A stretch of DNA of 64,000 bases from the NCBI GenBank assembly GCA_947085095.1, contig CAMTVD010000009.1, forward strand, positions 1 to 64,000. The letters are read 5' to 3'. Positions 62,672-64,000 of the stretch are shown here, one piece after another (position 1 is the first letter of the stretch; every line of letters starts with the position of its first letter). The translations under genes were made by a program, and so were the position numbers. The notes beneath the pieces are model-generated. The model was not told the DNA's origin, searched no databases, and saw nothing but the letters and a program-made list of their open reading frames with translations. This DNA comes from an uncultured Thermus sp. (GTDB lineage: Bacteria; Deinococcota; Deinococci; Deinococcales; Thermaceae).

Positions 62672-64000
62672 CCCCAGCGCCTGAAGCCGCCTGGGGTCCA
62701 CCCCCCCCTCCCATCCCGCCAGGCGATGGTAGGCCTTGAGCGCCCCCTGGAAGGCCTCCCTGTCCAGGCGGGCCTCGGCGTTCCCCCGGCGGAAGGGCTG
62801 GAAGAGGCGCTCCGGCAGGCGGTCCTCCTCGGGAGGGATCCCCTCCCGCAGGTTGAAAAGCCGGGTGAGCTGCAGCGTCCTCTCCCCCACCAAAAGCATC
62901 TCCTCCGGGGCCAAGCGCCAGCCCGTGGCGGCGTAGAGGGCCTCCCGCCACTCCTCGGGGGTCCAGGGGACGAAGTCGCACATCACCAGGCTGTTCACGA
63001 AGCCCCGCTCCCGGGTCTTGGTCCAGAGCATCCGCACCTTGGCCTCGGAGAGGTCCTCTACGGGCAGGGGGGCGAAGGCCTCCCCGTAGAAGCGAAGCTC
63101 CTCCAGGGCCTTCCCCTCCTTGGTGTAGGCGGTGTCGTGGAGGTTGTGGTTGTGGTCGGCCCCCGTGGGGCTCACCGCATACCCCACCCCCAGGGCCCGC
63201 TTGTACCGGGGGTCGTGCATGGGCACCTCCTGCCCCTTCACGTGCACAGCGAGTTCCGGGTGGCCGAGGGCCTCGGCCAGGCGCCTGGCCCCCAGGGCCA
63301 GAAGGGCCCCAAGCCGCCCCTCCTTCCGGGCCAGGCGCTCAATGGCGGCGATGAGGGCGTCCCCGTTGCCGAAGCGAAGGCCCAGCCCCTCGTCGTCCAG
63401 ATACCCCTTTTCCACCGCCTCCATGGCGCAGGCGATGGTGACCCCCACCCCGATCACGTCCAGGCCGTACTGGTTGCAGAGGGTGTTGGCCTTGGTGACG
63501 GCGTAGGGGTCGGTGACCCCGCACGTGGAGCCCAAGGCCCCCAGCCCCTCGTACTCCGGCCCCCCGTACTCGGGGCGGACATCGTACTTGCCGGTCCCCT
63601 CAATCTTCACCACCTGCTTGCAGCGGATGACGCAGGCGTAGCAGGTGTCGCGGCCGGTGCGGATGCCAAGAGCGTCCAGGCTGGTGCCGTCCAGGGCCTC
63701 CGCCCCCTCCAGGAAGCCGTCCAGGAAGTTGTGGCTGGGGAGGACCCCCCGGAGGTTGAAGGGGCGCACCGCGCCCACGGTCCCCATGGTGATGAGGCCC
63801 GCCGCCCGGTCCATCCGCTCCTTGGCCATGCGCCGGGCCAGCTCCTTGAGGAGGGCGGGGTCGTGGTAGGCGGGAAGGGTCTTCCTGTCGGCCCGGGCGG
63901 AGACCGCCTTGAGCCCCTTGGCCCCCATGACCGCCCCCAAGCCCCCCCGCCCGGCGAAGTGGGCCAGGTCGTGGATCACGTTGGCGGTGAGGACCTGGTT
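62642..64000 (-). CDS. aor: Aldehyde:ferredoxin oxidoreductase family protein (5'-truncated)
   Basis: GRGGLGAVMGAKGLKA, CYACVIRC, GPEYE, CNQYGLD, HDPR, DRLPER; frame open to the window end. Confidence 0.9.
   Translation of the reverse strand, partial: NQVLTANVIHDLAHFAGRGGLGAVMGAKGLKAVSARADRKTLPAYHDPALLKELARRMAKERMDRAAGLITMGTVGAVRPFNLRGVLPSHNFLDGFLEGAEALDGTSLDALGIRTGRDTCYACVIRCKQVVKIEGTGKYDVRPEYGGPEYEGLGALGSTCGVTDPYAVTKANTLCNQYGLDVIGVGVTIACAMEAVEKGYLDDEGLGLRFGNGDALIAAIERLARKEGRLGALLALGARRLAEALGHPELAVHVKGQEVPMHDPRYKRALGVGYAVSPTGADHNHNLHDTAYTKEGKALEELRFYGEAFAPLPVEDLSEAKVRMLWTKTRERGFVNSLVMCDFVPWTPEEWREALYAATGWRLAPEEMLLVGERTLQLTRLFNLREGIPPEEDRLPERLFQPFRRGNAEARLDREAFQGALKAYHRLAGWEGGVDPRRLQALGLEEFQNALA

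Overview
A 64-kb, high-GC, gene-dense chromosomal segment. The gene set (futalosine-pathway mqnE/mqnA, Thermus-type 496-aa IDH, pilC, pyrR-type pyr cluster, Uma2, SPW protein) points to a Thermus species. It holds about 60 mostly housekeeping CDSs, from the 3' end of ileS to a partial aldehyde:ferredoxin oxidoreductase, plus one tRNA-Met(CAT). I saw no CRISPR array, IS/transposase, integrase or prophage gene. The most interesting signals are regulatory. (1) An unannotated 21-codon Tyr/Phe-rich leader peptide with mutually exclusive antiterminator/terminator hairpins lies upstream of aroF-tyrA, consistent with ribosome-mediated aromatic amino-acid attenuation. (2) Two phosphate-scavenging genes share an identically spaced promoter motif, TTGA(C/A)-N6-CTGAC-N10-TAGCCT, a candidate Thermus Pho box. 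(3) The pyr operon has a PyrR attenuator with a leader ORF. (4) At least 20 genes have TAnnnT 6-7 nt before the start codon (leaderless type), including overlapping bidirectional -10 elements and two divergent genes whose start codons share one CATG. (5) Two unrelated lipoproteins share a PQGIG(I/V)EP motif. Also present are an orphan PIN-like gene, tandem IDHs of two types and a dispersed hairpin repeat. Product calls rest on motif recognition only; no database searches were run.
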